This document shows, one piece after another, positions 26,592 to 36,099 of a DNA stretch of 64,000 nucleotides (position 1 is its first letter; the number at the start of each line of letters is the position of its first letter). Origin of the DNA: Parcubacteria group bacterium (GTDB lineage Bacteria; Patescibacteriota; Minisyncoccia; UBA10092). The stretch covers positions 18,644 to 82,643 of the forward strand of contig JACPLW010000012.1 in the NCBI GenBank assembly GCA_016186325.1, in the 5' to 3' direction. The notes beneath the pieces were generated by a model, which did no database searches, had not been told where the DNA came from, and was given only the letters and a program-made list of their open reading frames with translations. The position numbers and the translations under genes are program-made.

Positions 26592-27062
26592 TTATTTCTC
26601 CTCAACTACGTTAATCTTTTCCGCTTTATCAATAAACAAAATGCCGTTCAAATGGTCCATTTCATGCTGAATTACGCGAGCCAATAGTCCCTTGGCATGA
26701 ATTTTTATCGGCCTGCCGTTTTCATCCAGCGCTTTTATAGTTAGTTTTTTAGGACGAATTACCGGTCCCCAGGTTTTTTGAACCGACAAACAACCCTCTT
26801 CAAAAGGAACCAGCTCTTTTGAAAAATCCCTTATTTCCGGGTTGATGAAAACAAAAATACTACCCTCTATATCCGCGGTAAAAACCCGTAAAGAAACACC
26901 CACTTGAGGCGCCGCAAGGCCGAGGCCTTTAGCGCCTTTCATAGTTGCGACCATGTCTTTAATTAATTTCTGGATTTCCGGACTTTTTGGGTCTTTTACG
27001 ATTTCCGATTTTTTTCTTAGAACCGGATCGCCCTCTTGAATTATTTTTAACACTTTTGCCAT
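26592..27062 (-). CDS. def: Peptide deformylase
   Basis: GLGLAAPQVG, EGCLS, QHEMDHL; start reassigned to MAKVLK. Confidence 0.96.
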   Translation of the reverse strand: MAKVLKIIQEGDPVLRKKSEIVKDPKSPEIQKLIKDMVATMKGAKGLGLAAPQVGVSLRVFTADIEGSIFVFINPEIRDFSKELVPFEEGCLSVQKTWGPVIRPKKLTIKALDENGRPIKIHAKGLLARVIQHEMDHLNGILFIDKAEKINVVEEK

Positions 27063-27345
27063 AGATTTGCTTGCCCTCCGTAGCTTTCTTGCCCGCCGAA
27101 GCTTTAGCGTAGGCGGGAGCAAAGGAGGATAATTCCTTTTTTAAAATCCCCATGAAATACTTGCCGCGGTCTTCGCTTTTGATTTTCCCTTGACGCCAGA
27201 CATCTTTTACCAAGCTTAGTATCCGCCTTAAAAATGATTCGTCATAGGTTTTTGCCAGACGAAAATATACCCCCTTATGCTTTTCGTCATCCAAACCCTC
27301 AACCAAATCCCACGCTAAAACTTGATGTTTTGTCGTTAAAGGCAT
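26959..27345 (-). CDS. Hypothetical protein (MPLTTKHQ...), C-terminal part contains nested repeats
   Basis: Helical ~70-aa core ending GKYFMGILKKE, then repeat-derived sequence and a tail overlapping def. Confidence 0.65.
   Translation of the reverse strand: MPLTTKHQVLAWDLVEGLDDEKHKGVYFRLAKTYDESFLRRILSLVKDVWRQGKIKSEDRGKYFMGILKKELSSFAPAYAKASAGKKATEGKQIYGKSVKNNSRGRSGSKKKIGNRKRPKKSGNPEIN
27070..27129. repeat. Nested pair of 30-bp CTTGCC-hairpin repeats (inner copy 27088-27117)
   Basis: CTTGCCCTCCGTAGCTTT[CTTGCCCGCCGAAGCTTTAGCGTAGGCGGG]AGCAAAGGAGGA. Confidence 0.85.
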
Positions 27346-27361
27346 AATATTAAAATACCAT

Positions 27362-28588
27362 ATGTTTGAGGAAAATAAAAAATATATATATTTAGCGGTT
27401 GTTACTATTGCCATAGTCGTGGCATTTGGGGCTGGTTTTGTTTTTGGATCGGTAGAGCGACTTCCTCGGCCGGTGCAGGGGATTATAAATAAAGAATTCG
27501 GCCAACCGAAAGAATTTGATTTTGGCTTATTTTGGGAAACTTTAGATAAACTTAATGAAAAGTACGTTGATAATGGCAAACTAAAAGACGACGAATTGCT
27601 TTACGGCGCTATTTCCGGATTGGTTAAAGGTGCCGGCGATCCTTACACGGTATTCTTTCCTCCGGTTGAATCAAAAAGTTTTAAGCAGGATGTTGGCGGC
27701 AGTTTTGGCGGTATCGGAGCCGAAATAGGTAAAAGAAATGGATTTTTGGTTATTATAGCGCCCCTTGAAGATACGCCTGCCCAAAAATCCGGGCTGCTCG
27801 CGGGTGATAAAATTTTAAAGATAAATAATGAACCGACCGACGATATAACCGTTGAAAAAGCGGTTACGAAAATACGCGGCGAGGTAGGCACCAAAGTAAC
27901 TCTAGCTATTTTAAGAGGTAATGACGGCACAAAAACGAAAGATATTGTCATTGAAAGAGCAATAATTAAAATCCCGATAACAAAACTTGAGGCGTTAGAA
28001 GATAACGCGATCGCTCATTTATCATTTTACAGCTTCACTTCAACAGCCCCATTTGAATTTCAAAAAGAGGCATCAAAAATTCTTGCCACTTCCGGCTATA
28101 AGGGTATAATTTTAGATTTGAGAAATAACCCAGGAGGTTACTTGGAAGTTGCGGTTGATATTGCCGGCTGGTTCCTTAATGCCGGAGATCTTGTTGCGAT
28201 TGAGGATTTCGGGAAAACCAGCGCAAAAACTGAATTTCGAGCAAGCGGCGTAGCCGCTCTTAAAAATTATCCGATGGTGGTTTTAGTTAATCAAGGCACG
28301 GCTTCGGCAGGCGAAATTTTAGCCGGCGCCCTAAGAGATAACCTAGGCATCAAATTAATAGGCGAAAAAACCTTCGGCAAGGGATCGGTGCAAGAACTGG
28401 TAAATTTTAAAGACGGCTCATCGCTCAAGGTTACCGTTGCCAAATGGCTCACGCCAAAAGGGATCTCAATTTCGGAACAAGGTTTGGAGCCAGACTTTAA
28501 GGTAGCTCCTACCGAAAAAGAACTAACAAACAAAAAAGATCCCCAGCTTGATAAAGCGGTGGAGATTCTCTTAAAAATGCTGAAATAA
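27362..28588 (+). CDS. ctpA: S41 carboxyl-terminal processing protease (CtpA/Prc-like)
   Basis: [32 protein letters not shown]. Confidence 0.93.
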   Translation: MFEENKKYIYLAVVTIAIVVAFGAGFVFGSVERLPRPVQGIINKEFGQPKEFDFGLFWETLDKLNEKYVDNGKLKDDELLYGAISGLVKGAGDPYTVFFPPVESKSFKQDVGGSFGGIGAEIGKRNGFLVIIAPLEDTPAQKSGLLAGDKILKINNEPTDDITVEKAVTKIRGEVGTKVTLAILRGNDGTKTKDIVIERAIIKIPITKLEALEDNAIAHLSFYSFTSTAPFEFQKEASKILATSGYKGIILDLRNNPGGYLEVAVDIAGWFLNAGDLVAIEDFGKTSAKTEFRASGVAALKNYPMVVLVNQGTASAGEILAGALRDNLGIKLIGEKTFGKGSVQELVNFKDGSSLKVTVAKWLTPKGISISEQGLEPDFKVAPTEKELTNKKDPQLDKAVEILLKMLK

Positions 28589-28610
28589 GAACGCGATACC
28601 AATATATTTT

Positions 28611-29066
28611 ATGAAAATAGTTTTACTTCAAGATGTTGATGGTTTGGGTAAAAAAGGAGACATTAAAAATGTCAGCGATGGCTACGGCCGTAATTTTCTT
28701 TTAAGAAAAGGGCTTGCTGAAATTTTAACGCCGGAAATAGAAAATCGGATAAAACTTGGGAAAGAAAAACAGGAAAAAGATGCAGTCAAACTAAAATCTC
28801 AAACAGCAATTTTAAAAGAAAATATTGAAAAACTAAAACTGGTAATTAAAACCAAAATAGGAAAAACAGGACAAGCATTTGGCTCAATAACTCCGGTAAA
28901 AATAGCAGCAGAACTTGAAAAACAGGGGATAGGGCTTCAAAAAGAGCAGATATTGTCTTCGCCGGTAAAAACCCTAGGCGAACATAAAATAAAAATAAAA
29001 CTGCCCCAAGGAATTGAGGCAGAATTGACAATTCTTATTGAATCGGAAGATACTAAAACTAAATAA
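28611..29066 (+). CDS. rplI: 50S ribosomal protein L9
   Basis: [14 protein letters not shown]....V.DGY.RNFL; FGSIT. Confidence 0.96.
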   Translation: MKIVLLQDVDGLGKKGDIKNVSDGYGRNFLLRKGLAEILTPEIENRIKLGKEKQEKDAVKLKSQTAILKENIEKLKLVIKTKIGKTGQAFGSITPVKIAAELEKQGIGLQKEQILSSPVKTLGEHKIKIKLPQGIEAELTILIESEDTKTK

Positions 29067-29331
29067 CGTTTATTACTTTAAAAACTCTTCTGGAATTATC
29101 GTAACGTTTTGTCTTTTTATCGGTAAATTTTATGATTCCGGGACGCATGGCGTAAAGCGTGTCATCGCTGCCTTTTTTAACATTCTTTCCGGGAACCCAT
29201 TTAGTGCCCCTTTGACGCACCAAAATATTGCCCGCTTTTACCCGTTCGCCGTCAAAAAGTTTTATGCCTAATCGTTTTGATGCTGATTCTCGGCCTAATC
29301 TTGTTGAACCGGCCGATTTAGTAGTCGCCAT
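29059..29331 (-). CDS. rpmA: 50S ribosomal protein L27
   Basis: [20 protein letters not shown]. Confidence 0.97.
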   Translation of the reverse strand: MATTKSAGSTRLGRESASKRLGIKLFDGERVKAGNILVRQRGTKWVPGKNVKKGSDDTLYAMRPGIIKFTDKKTKRYDNSRRVFKVINVI

Positions 29332-29371
29332 AGATTTCTAATAGAATAACAAATTATGAATTATAAATCAA

Positions 29372-29471
29372 CCCCGTTAGAAATCTAATAAATCTTATGA
29401 GATTTAGCAGCATGTTTATATTTTATATTTAAACTATGTTTGATTGGTTAAAAAATAAATTTCTAACGGGG
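29372..29471. mobile_element. CCCGTTAGAA-family element (100 bp, AT-rich core)
   Basis: TIR CCCCGTTAGAAAT/ATTTCTAACGGGG; TCAA on both flanks. Confidence 0.85.
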
Positions 29472-29855
29472 TCAAGATACTCATACTTAATAAGGTGGGG
29501 GAAGGGGCATGAAAAAAACCTTTTAATCGGCTTAGTTTTAACGCTAGGATTTTTAATCGGACTGGGGACCGGTTTGCTTATGAATTCAAACCAAGTTTCA
29601 CCTATTATTATTGATAAAAATATCAAAGTCGGCCTGTTGGAGCCTGAAAATTACGGAACGGGGGATACAAATTCATCTAAAATAAACGCGAGTTTCGGCA
29701 ATTTTGTGGCTTCAATTAACGGCAAGGCTTATTACCCTAAAGATTGCAAATCCGCAAATGTAATTAAAGAAGAAAACAGGATCTGGTTTGAAAATGCAGA
29801 GGAAGCCGAAGCCGATGGTTATAGGCCGGCTCAAAATTGCCCTGTGAATAAATAA
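29436..29855 (+). CDS. Membrane-anchored protein with C-terminal Ada-like metal-binding domain
   Basis: TM, then FVAS..G..YY...C......EENRIWF....EAE..GYRP...C; start lies inside the repeat element. Confidence 0.8.
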   Translation: MFDWLKNKFLTGSRYSYLIRWGKGHEKNLLIGLVLTLGFLIGLGTGLLMNSNQVSPIIIDKNIKVGLLEPENYGTGDTNSSKINASFGNFVASINGKAYYPKDCKSANVIKEENRIWFENAEEAEADGYRPAQNCPVNK

Positions 29856-29913
29856 AGTGTTAAAATTATAATAGAAAAGTTAATATAGAAATATCTCAAA
29901 ATAATTTTTCACT

Positions 29914-30576
29914 ATGAAATTTTTATTTGACCTTTTGGCATCAATTTCAAGCTTGTTTGTTTTACAGGCAAATAAACCTGAAAATATCCATGTTCCGCCA
30001 TTAAATACGGCAATTATTTCTTTCCAAGACACTTATTATGCGTCTGCCGTAGCCGATCCCGATAACTTTCCGAAAACAAATTCTGTAACTATAGTTAAAA
30101 AATCGACGCCGGTTGTTGTTCCGCCGCCGGTTGCCCAACCAACGCCGCCGCCGCCTCCGCCACCGCCGCCAGCTCCAGTCGTTGTTTTACCGCCGGAAGA
30201 TCCGTATGTAGTAAAGACGGAACCTATAATTACCTGGCTTAATACGAATTTTGGTTTTACGGGAACAAGTTCCGAAGGCGATCGCACTCTTCCGGAACTT
30301 ACATTTGACAGAGAATATTGGCGAATAGAAATTTTTACGTACTGGGCTCCAACTGTGGTGCCGCCAAAACCGGCTTTAGAAAAAGATTATGTCAAAATAG
30401 AAGTTTATGAAGCGGGGACAAACAAACTTATCCATACAATAACATCGGGTAATGAAGAATCGTCTCATAAATTTCAAACATTTAGAAAACCGGGGAAATA
30501 CTACTTAAAAGTATATTCCAAATCGCCAAGCCAGTGGGAAATAGCTTTCACCGTTTCATCAAAAATTGCGCAATAA
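29914..30576 (+). CDS. Proline-rich exported/surface protein
   Basis: Hydrophobic N-terminus, poly-Pro linker, beta-rich C-terminal domain. Confidence 0.75.
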   Translation: MKFLFDLLASISSLFVLQANKPENIHVPPLNTAIISFQDTYYASAVADPDNFPKTNSVTIVKKSTPVVVPPPVAQPTPPPPPPPPPAPVVVLPPEDPYVVKTEPIITWLNTNFGFTGTSSEGDRTLPELTFDREYWRIEIFTYWAPTVVPPKPALEKDYVKIEVYEAGTNKLIHTITSGNEESSHKFQTFRKPGKYYLKVYSKSPSQWEIAFTVSSKIAQ

Positions 30577-30649
30577 ATAAGAAGGGGAGAAGAAGTTTTT
30601 AAATCAATACAACGTCGGACAAGATACCTTTTGCGACGTATCCCTTATT

Positions 30650-30685
30650 AAATACCGGCCGGGCACTACCCTGGCCGGTATTTTT
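30650..30685. terminator. Bidirectional terminator
   Basis: AAATACCGGCCGGG-loop-CCCTGGCCGGTATTT between convergent genes. Confidence 0.75.
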
Positions 30686-30690
30686 AATTT

Positions 30691-31047
30691 TCACTTTACG
30701 GGGCAAAAAGTCTCAACAAGTTTATTTTCTACAGATCCTTTAATTAACCCCTTGGCTTTATCAATAACTATCGGAATTAGTTTGCTGGCCTCTGATCCAA
30801 CTGTTTCGGCCCCTGTTTTTATTTTATCCGTTATTTCCGAATAAGACGTATCCCCTATTTTTTCACCTGAAAGTTGGGGAAGACTATCAGTTTTAAAATT
30901 ATTAACCTTATTTAAAATAAATTTTGCGATATCGGTTCCTACCGGTAAAACCTCGCTTCCTTTTATAGTAAAGGATCTATCGGCATTTACGACAAAGTAG
31001 AGAGATAAAACCGCTAATATGATACCAATTATAATTAACGTTTTCAT
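30691..31047 (-). CDS. Hypothetical membrane-anchored protein
   Basis: N-terminal TM, ends in FCPVK. Confidence 0.7.
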   Translation of the reverse strand: MKTLIIIGIILAVLSLYFVVNADRSFTIKGSEVLPVGTDIAKFILNKVNNFKTDSLPQLSGEKIGDTSYSEITDKIKTGAETVGSEASKLIPIVIDKAKGLIKGSVENKLVETFCPVK

Positions 31048-31081
31048 TAATTTAATAATACCACGCGCGGTGTTTTAACGC

Positions 31082-32312
31082 CTAAAATCCCATAGACAGA
31101 TAGTCGAAAGGATTAACCGAACCGCCAAACGGCAAAAGCCCGTACCAGCGATTTTCCACTCGGAAAGTGTTTGTTGAATACACCGTAAAATGCAGATGCG
31201 GGCCGGTGGTAAAACCGCTTGAGCCGACATAGCCGATAACTTGTCCCTGATTGACCGTTTCGCCTTTAGAAGCCGATTTTGACGATAAATGAGTATAAAG
31301 AGTAGTTAAACCGTTACTATGGCGAATAGATAGCCAAGAACCATAGGCGTACCGCCCATCATCGGCCGATGCCGACACAACGCCGCCTAAAGCCGCGTGA
31401 ACAGGTGTTCCATAATAAGCCGCAATATCAATGCCGTTATGAAACTTATAAGAATGATTGTAGAAACCGGTCACGGATGTCGGGCCGTAACCTTGGGTTA
31501 TCCGCCCCAATACGGGCCACATTAAAGCGCCGGGTTTGGGCTTGGGCAGTCCCCCCCACCTGCCCTCTTAATTTTTCTTCCAGATCAAAAATTTCTTTCT
31601 GAATTTCTGCCTGACGAATTTGAATTTTTGATATTATTTTCTGATACTCTATTTCCTGATTATTGGTCTGATTCAGTAATTCTTTTTTCTCGTTGTTTTG
31701 ATTTTTAACAAGCTGGTTTTTTACCAGAAGCTCTTTTTTAAGATTATTTAAATCTCCCTTTAATGTTTCCTGTGATTTAAGAAGGTCTTTAAGCTCTGCT
31801 TTTTCTTGAGCCAAAATTTTAAAATCCCTATAAAGACCGTTTTCAATATTTATAAGATACTCGCTCTGGTTAAGAAAATCCGAGAGTTGTTTACTTTCCA
31901 AAATCGCCGTAATAAAGCCCCGATTATCGGCATAGGCCAAAAATCTCAAAGATCTCGCCATTGCCGTTTGCCGCTCGGAAATTTTTTTGTCTTTTTCAAC
32001 TATCTGTTTTGAGGCCAATTTTATATTGAATTCTGTTTTTGAAATTTTTGCCTGGGTAATTTTTAAATCCGCGTTTAATTGCTTAAGCTGGGTTTCTATT
32101 TTTATAATTTGGCTTTTAAGGGTTTTTGATTCAAATTGCGTAGATTCTAGCGCCGTTTTATATTTATTTAACTCTGTTTCCAGTTTTTTTATCTCCTCTT
32201 CTTTTGTTTTTATTTGCGAAAATAGAACGTCATTCTCTGACTGCGCCAAAACAACCTGTTGCGCGTTAAGCAAAAGAACAAGCCCTGAAATTACAAAAAG
32301 GCAAAATTTCAT
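31082..32312 (-). pseudogene. Coiled-coil M23 peptidase (EnvC-like) split by a frameshift in a G7 tract (31551-31557)
   Basis: Signal peptide plus coiled coil (31446-32312) and M23 domain HNGID..HLHF (31082-31522) join in frame if one G is removed. Confidence 0.85.
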
Positions 32313-32333
32313 GCTAATTAAATAATACCAGTT

Positions 32334-33824
32334 TTACACCAGGTTTTTTAGAGCGGCTTCAATTCGTTTAATGCTCTCTTTTTTGCCTAAAATCTCAAGA
32401 ATTTCAAATGGGCTTGGCGATGTTTGAAGGCCGGTCAGGGCAACTCGAAGCGGCCACAACAAGCGTCCCCTATCATTGTTTTTGGCTCTTGAAGCTTCTT
32501 TTAATAAAATATTTTCTAAATTACTGCGAGTAAAATCTTCTTCGCCAATTTCTATTAATGAATCTCGGGAAATTTTTAAAGAGATTCTTATATCTTTAAA
32601 CATCATATCGCGCCAAATTAAAAGATTAGAATCATATTTTGGAACCTGGAAAAAATAAGCTACCCTATCCCCTATCTCACCAAACTTCTTAAGTCGCGGC
32701 TGTTCTAGCGCCAATATTTTTTTAACATATCCCGAATCATAATTATTTTTTTCTACTAAATTGTCTTTTATTAAAAACGGAACGGCGTATTCTTTTAGTT
32801 TATCGAGCGATAATTGCTTTATATAATGGCCGTTCAGCCAATCCAGTTTTTCTATATTAAAAATCGCACCGGCTTTGTGAACTTTTTCAAGCGAAAAATC
32901 TTTAAGCAATTCTTTCATTGAATAAACCTCTTTTTCCCCGCCGGGGTTCCATCCCAAAAAAGCAAGAAAATTTACCATTGCTTCGGGAAGATAGCCCTTT
33001 TTTATATAATCATCAACAGAAACGTCCCCTTTGCGCTTGCTCATTTTCGTTTTATCGGGATTTAGCAAAAGAGGCAAATGAGCCCAGTAAGGTGCTTTCC
33101 AGCCAAAAAATTCATATAACAAAATATGTTTTGGCGTTGACGGCAACCATTCTTCCGAACGTATAACATGAGAAATTTCCATTAAATGATCGTCCACAAC
33201 TACCGCCAGATGATAGGTCGGATAGCCGTCTGATTTTAAAAGCACCTGATCGTCAAGTTCGCCAGAATTATATAAAATCTTTCCACGGACAATATCGTTT
33301 ATTTCTATAACCCGATTATCAGGAATTTTCATTCTTATTACGTAAGATTCGCCGGCATTAAGTTTTTTACCGATTTCTTCTTCGCTTAAAGAGCAGCACC
33401 GCCTGTCATATTTGGAAATCTGTTTTTTAGACGTTTGTTCTTGACGCATTTTTTCAAGCGTCTCTTCGGTGCAAAAGCAATAGTATGCATTATTGTTTTT
33501 AACTAATTCATCAGCATATTTTTTATAAATATCCAATCTTTCCGACTGAATATACGGGCCATATTGGCCATCGGCATCGGGGCCTTCGTCGTATTCCAAT
33601 CCGGCCCATTTTAAACCCGAATAAATTGCTTGCGCCGCTTTTTCAACATATCTTTCCTGGTCGGTATCTTCCAGGCGCAAAATAAATTTTCCGCCGTGTT
33701 GCTTGGCAAAAAGATAAGAATAAAGCGCAGTGCGCAAACCGCCGACGTGCAAAAAACCGGTCGGGCTTGGCGCAAACCGCGTTCTTATTTTTTCTTTTTT
33801 AAATAAGAATTTTAAAAATGTCAT
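32334..33824 (-). CDS. gltX: Glutamyl-tRNA synthetase
   Basis: RFAPSPTG.LHVGG, KMSKR. Confidence 0.97.
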   Translation of the reverse strand: MTFLKFLFKKEKIRTRFAPSPTGFLHVGGLRTALYSYLFAKQHGGKFILRLEDTDQERYVEKAAQAIYSGLKWAGLEYDEGPDADGQYGPYIQSERLDIYKKYADELVKNNNAYYCFCTEETLEKMRQEQTSKKQISKYDRRCCSLSEEEIGKKLNAGESYVIRMKIPDNRVIEINDIVRGKILYNSGELDDQVLLKSDGYPTYHLAVVVDDHLMEISHVIRSEEWLPSTPKHILLYEFFGWKAPYWAHLPLLLNPDKTKMSKRKGDVSVDDYIKKGYLPEAMVNFLAFLGWNPGGEKEVYSMKELLKDFSLEKVHKAGAIFNIEKLDWLNGHYIKQLSLDKLKEYAVPFLIKDNLVEKNNYDSGYVKKILALEQPRLKKFGEIGDRVAYFFQVPKYDSNLLIWRDMMFKDIRISLKISRDSLIEIGEEDFTRSNLENILLKEASRAKNNDRGRLLWPLRVALTGLQTSPSPFEILEILGKKESIKRIEAALKNLV

Positions 33825-33825
33825 T

Positions 33826-34965
33826 TTATCGGGGGATTAAATTTAATAACGCTTGCGCGATTAATTTTGCCGCGTCGGGAGTGGCGAATTTTCTGGCTTT
33901 TTCCTCCATATTCTTCTTTTTTTCCGGATTACTCAATATAGCGCTGATTACCGACATCAGTAAGCGCGGCGTAAGATTGGACTCCTCAATTACTTCCGCT
34001 CTGCCGTCACCCCCGAAAATATAAGCGTTTTTGCGCTGGTGATTATTCGCCGAATCGGTTATCGGAATAATAATACTCGCTTTTCCCGATGCCGCTATTT
34101 CAAAAATACTGCCGGCGCCGGACCTTGAAATTATTAAATCAGCGCTGTGATAAGCCGCGATATATTCCGGTTCAACCAAAAAATTAACCGGATGATAAGA
34201 AGCAAACAGTTCGCCCGAAAGACCGGCAAGAGCTACTTTTGATTCACTAAGAACGCTCGAGTAATTTTCGTCTCCAGTTTGATGGATAACTTCGGCCGTG
34301 ATAAGTAAATCCGGTAAAATATCAAGAATCATGTCATTTATTTTTTGAGCGCCCTGCGAACCGCCAAGTATCAGCACCACCGGCTTTTGGGATGCTAAGT
34401 GAAGCATGGGCCGTTCTATTTCCGGATTGGGCGGCGCGAAAAACGCATCGCGTATCGCTTCGCCGGTAAAATAAGTTTTATTTTTCGGAAAATAATCTAC
34501 CGCTTCATTAAAAGATATGGCAACCAGCGAAGCAAAACGCGCTAAAATTTTATTGGTTAAACCCGGAATTGAATCTGAATCGTGAAGAATAATCGGGATT
34601 CTGTAAACCCAGCCGGCAATCACTACGCCAAAACTGCCGTAACCTCCTTTACTAAAAATTACGTCCGGCATAATTCGCCAAACCTCGTAAAGCGCCTGAA
34701 GAAGGCCGGCTCCGATTTTGAAAAGATCGGCAAAGTTTTGAAAAGAAAAATAACGGCGCCATTTGCCGGTTATAATAATTTTGTAATGAAAATTCATTTC
34801 TTCCCGCTCCAAACTTGATTCCAAAAAAAGTCCGGGACCCAAATAATAAATTTCCGGTTCTCCCATATCTGAAAATTGCGCCAGTTCGTTAAGTTTTCTT
34901 GAGACGGCAACTAAAGGAAACAGATGTCCTCCCGTCCCACCTCCAGTTAACACAATCTTTATCAT
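33826..34965 (-). CDS. murG: MurG GlcNAc transferase
   Basis: GGGTGGH, KGGY, GGSQGA, SRSGA, HQ..NA. Confidence 0.95.
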   Translation of the reverse strand: MIKIVLTGGGTGGHLFPLVAVSRKLNELAQFSDMGEPEIYYLGPGLFLESSLEREEMNFHYKIIITGKWRRYFSFQNFADLFKIGAGLLQALYEVWRIMPDVIFSKGGYGSFGVVIAGWVYRIPIILHDSDSIPGLTNKILARFASLVAISFNEAVDYFPKNKTYFTGEAIRDAFFAPPNPEIERPMLHLASQKPVVLILGGSQGAQKINDMILDILPDLLITAEVIHQTGDENYSSVLSESKVALAGLSGELFASYHPVNFLVEPEYIAAYHSADLIISRSGAGSIFEIAASGKASIIIPITDSANNHQRKNAYIFGGDGRAEVIEESNLTPRLLMSVISAILSNPEKKKNMEEKARKFATPDAAKLIAQALLNLIPR

Positions 34966-34992
34966 TTGTTTAAAAATTTAAAATTTAAAATT

Positions 34993-36099
34993 TCAAGTAG
35001 TGTATCTTGAAATATTAGCCACAATCCCCGCTCCAATCATGTTAATAACAAGCCCGGAACTGCCATAGCTAACAAACGGCAAAGGCATGCCGGTAAGCGG
35101 CACTAATCCGGAAATTGCCGCGATGTTAGTGAAACTTTGAATTAAAATCCAGGAAGTTATACCAACAGCAAGAAGTTTGTTAAAAGAATTCTGACTTCTA
35201 ATAGCAATACTATAACCGAAAATCGCAAATAAAATATAAAGCGCTAACGCAAAACTAATGCCAAAAAGCCCCATTTTTTCGCCTAAAACCGCAAAAATTG
35301 AATCCCCTATCGGTTCCGGTAAATAAGCCGAATGTAAATTTTGATTTAGCCCAATGCCCGTAAGCCCTCCGACGCCGATTGAAGAAACTGCCTGATTTAT
35401 TTGGTAACCGGAACCGGCGGTGTCCATTCCGCCATTCAAAAATGCTTTAAATCTTTCCGCTCCGTAAGGCTTTAAAAATATAAAAATAAAAAATGTCGCC
35501 ACTCCTATAAAAGCAATTAAAGCGAGATGGCTTATTTTTCCGCCGGCTACAAAATAAACCGCCGCCGCGGAAAGCGCTATTACGGCAAATGTTCCAAAGT
35601 TCGGCTGCATTAAAAGTAGTAAGCCGATAATTCCGATTATCATAAGAAAAGGCAAAAAACCTCCGGAAAAATCTTTTAACTCTTTTTGCCTAGACTCAAA
35701 CCATGAAGCCAGATAAATTAAAAATGAAATTTTTAAAATTTCGCTAGGTTGAAAACTAACAGGTCCGATTGCAAGCCAGCGCGTTGAACCGGCGTGCGAA
35801 AGACCAAGTTGTGGAATAAAAACAAGCGTTAAAATGCCGATTGAAAAAATTAAGAACAAAAAGCTGTATTTTTTAAGAAAACCTAACGGCACTTTTAAAA
35901 AAACAAAAAAACCGGCAATTCCGATTAATACCCCCTTTAAAAGCTGCTCCCGCAAATAGTAGTTTTGATCGTTAAATTTTTTTTGCCCGGCAATAAATGA
36001 AGCGGAGGAAAGGATAAAAAGTCCAAACACCAAAAGAATGCCTACGATAACAACAAATTTGAAGTCAATACTTTTAAGTTTTACATTTTTAATTCCCAT
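34993..36099 (-). CDS. ftsW: SEDS protein FtsW
   Basis: FQPSE..K, P.TG..LPF.SYG; adjacent to murG. Confidence 0.9.
   Translation of the reverse strand: MGIKNVKLKSIDFKFVVIVGILLVFGLFILSSASFIAGQKKFNDQNYYLREQLLKGVLIGIAGFFVFLKVPLGFLKKYSFLFLIFSIGILTLVFIPQLGLSHAGSTRWLAIGPVSFQPSEILKISFLIYLASWFESRQKELKDFSGGFLPFLMIIGIIGLLLLMQPNFGTFAVIALSAAAVYFVAGGKISHLALIAFIGVATFFIFIFLKPYGAERFKAFLNGGMDTAGSGYQINQAVSSIGVGGLTGIGLNQNLHSAYLPEPIGDSIFAVLGEKMGLFGISFALALYILFAIFGYSIAIRSQNSFNKLLAVGITSWILIQSFTNIAAISGLVPLTGMPLPFVSYGSSGLVINMIGAGIVANISRYTT

Noticed and set aside
27063-27122. Long N-terminus of def (MLPPTLKLRRARKLRRASK)
   Set aside because: An alternative-frame translation of the nested 30-bp repeats; the real start is more likely MAKVLK.
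30120-30170. CCG repeat as a DNA element
   Set aside because: Explained by a poly-proline linker.
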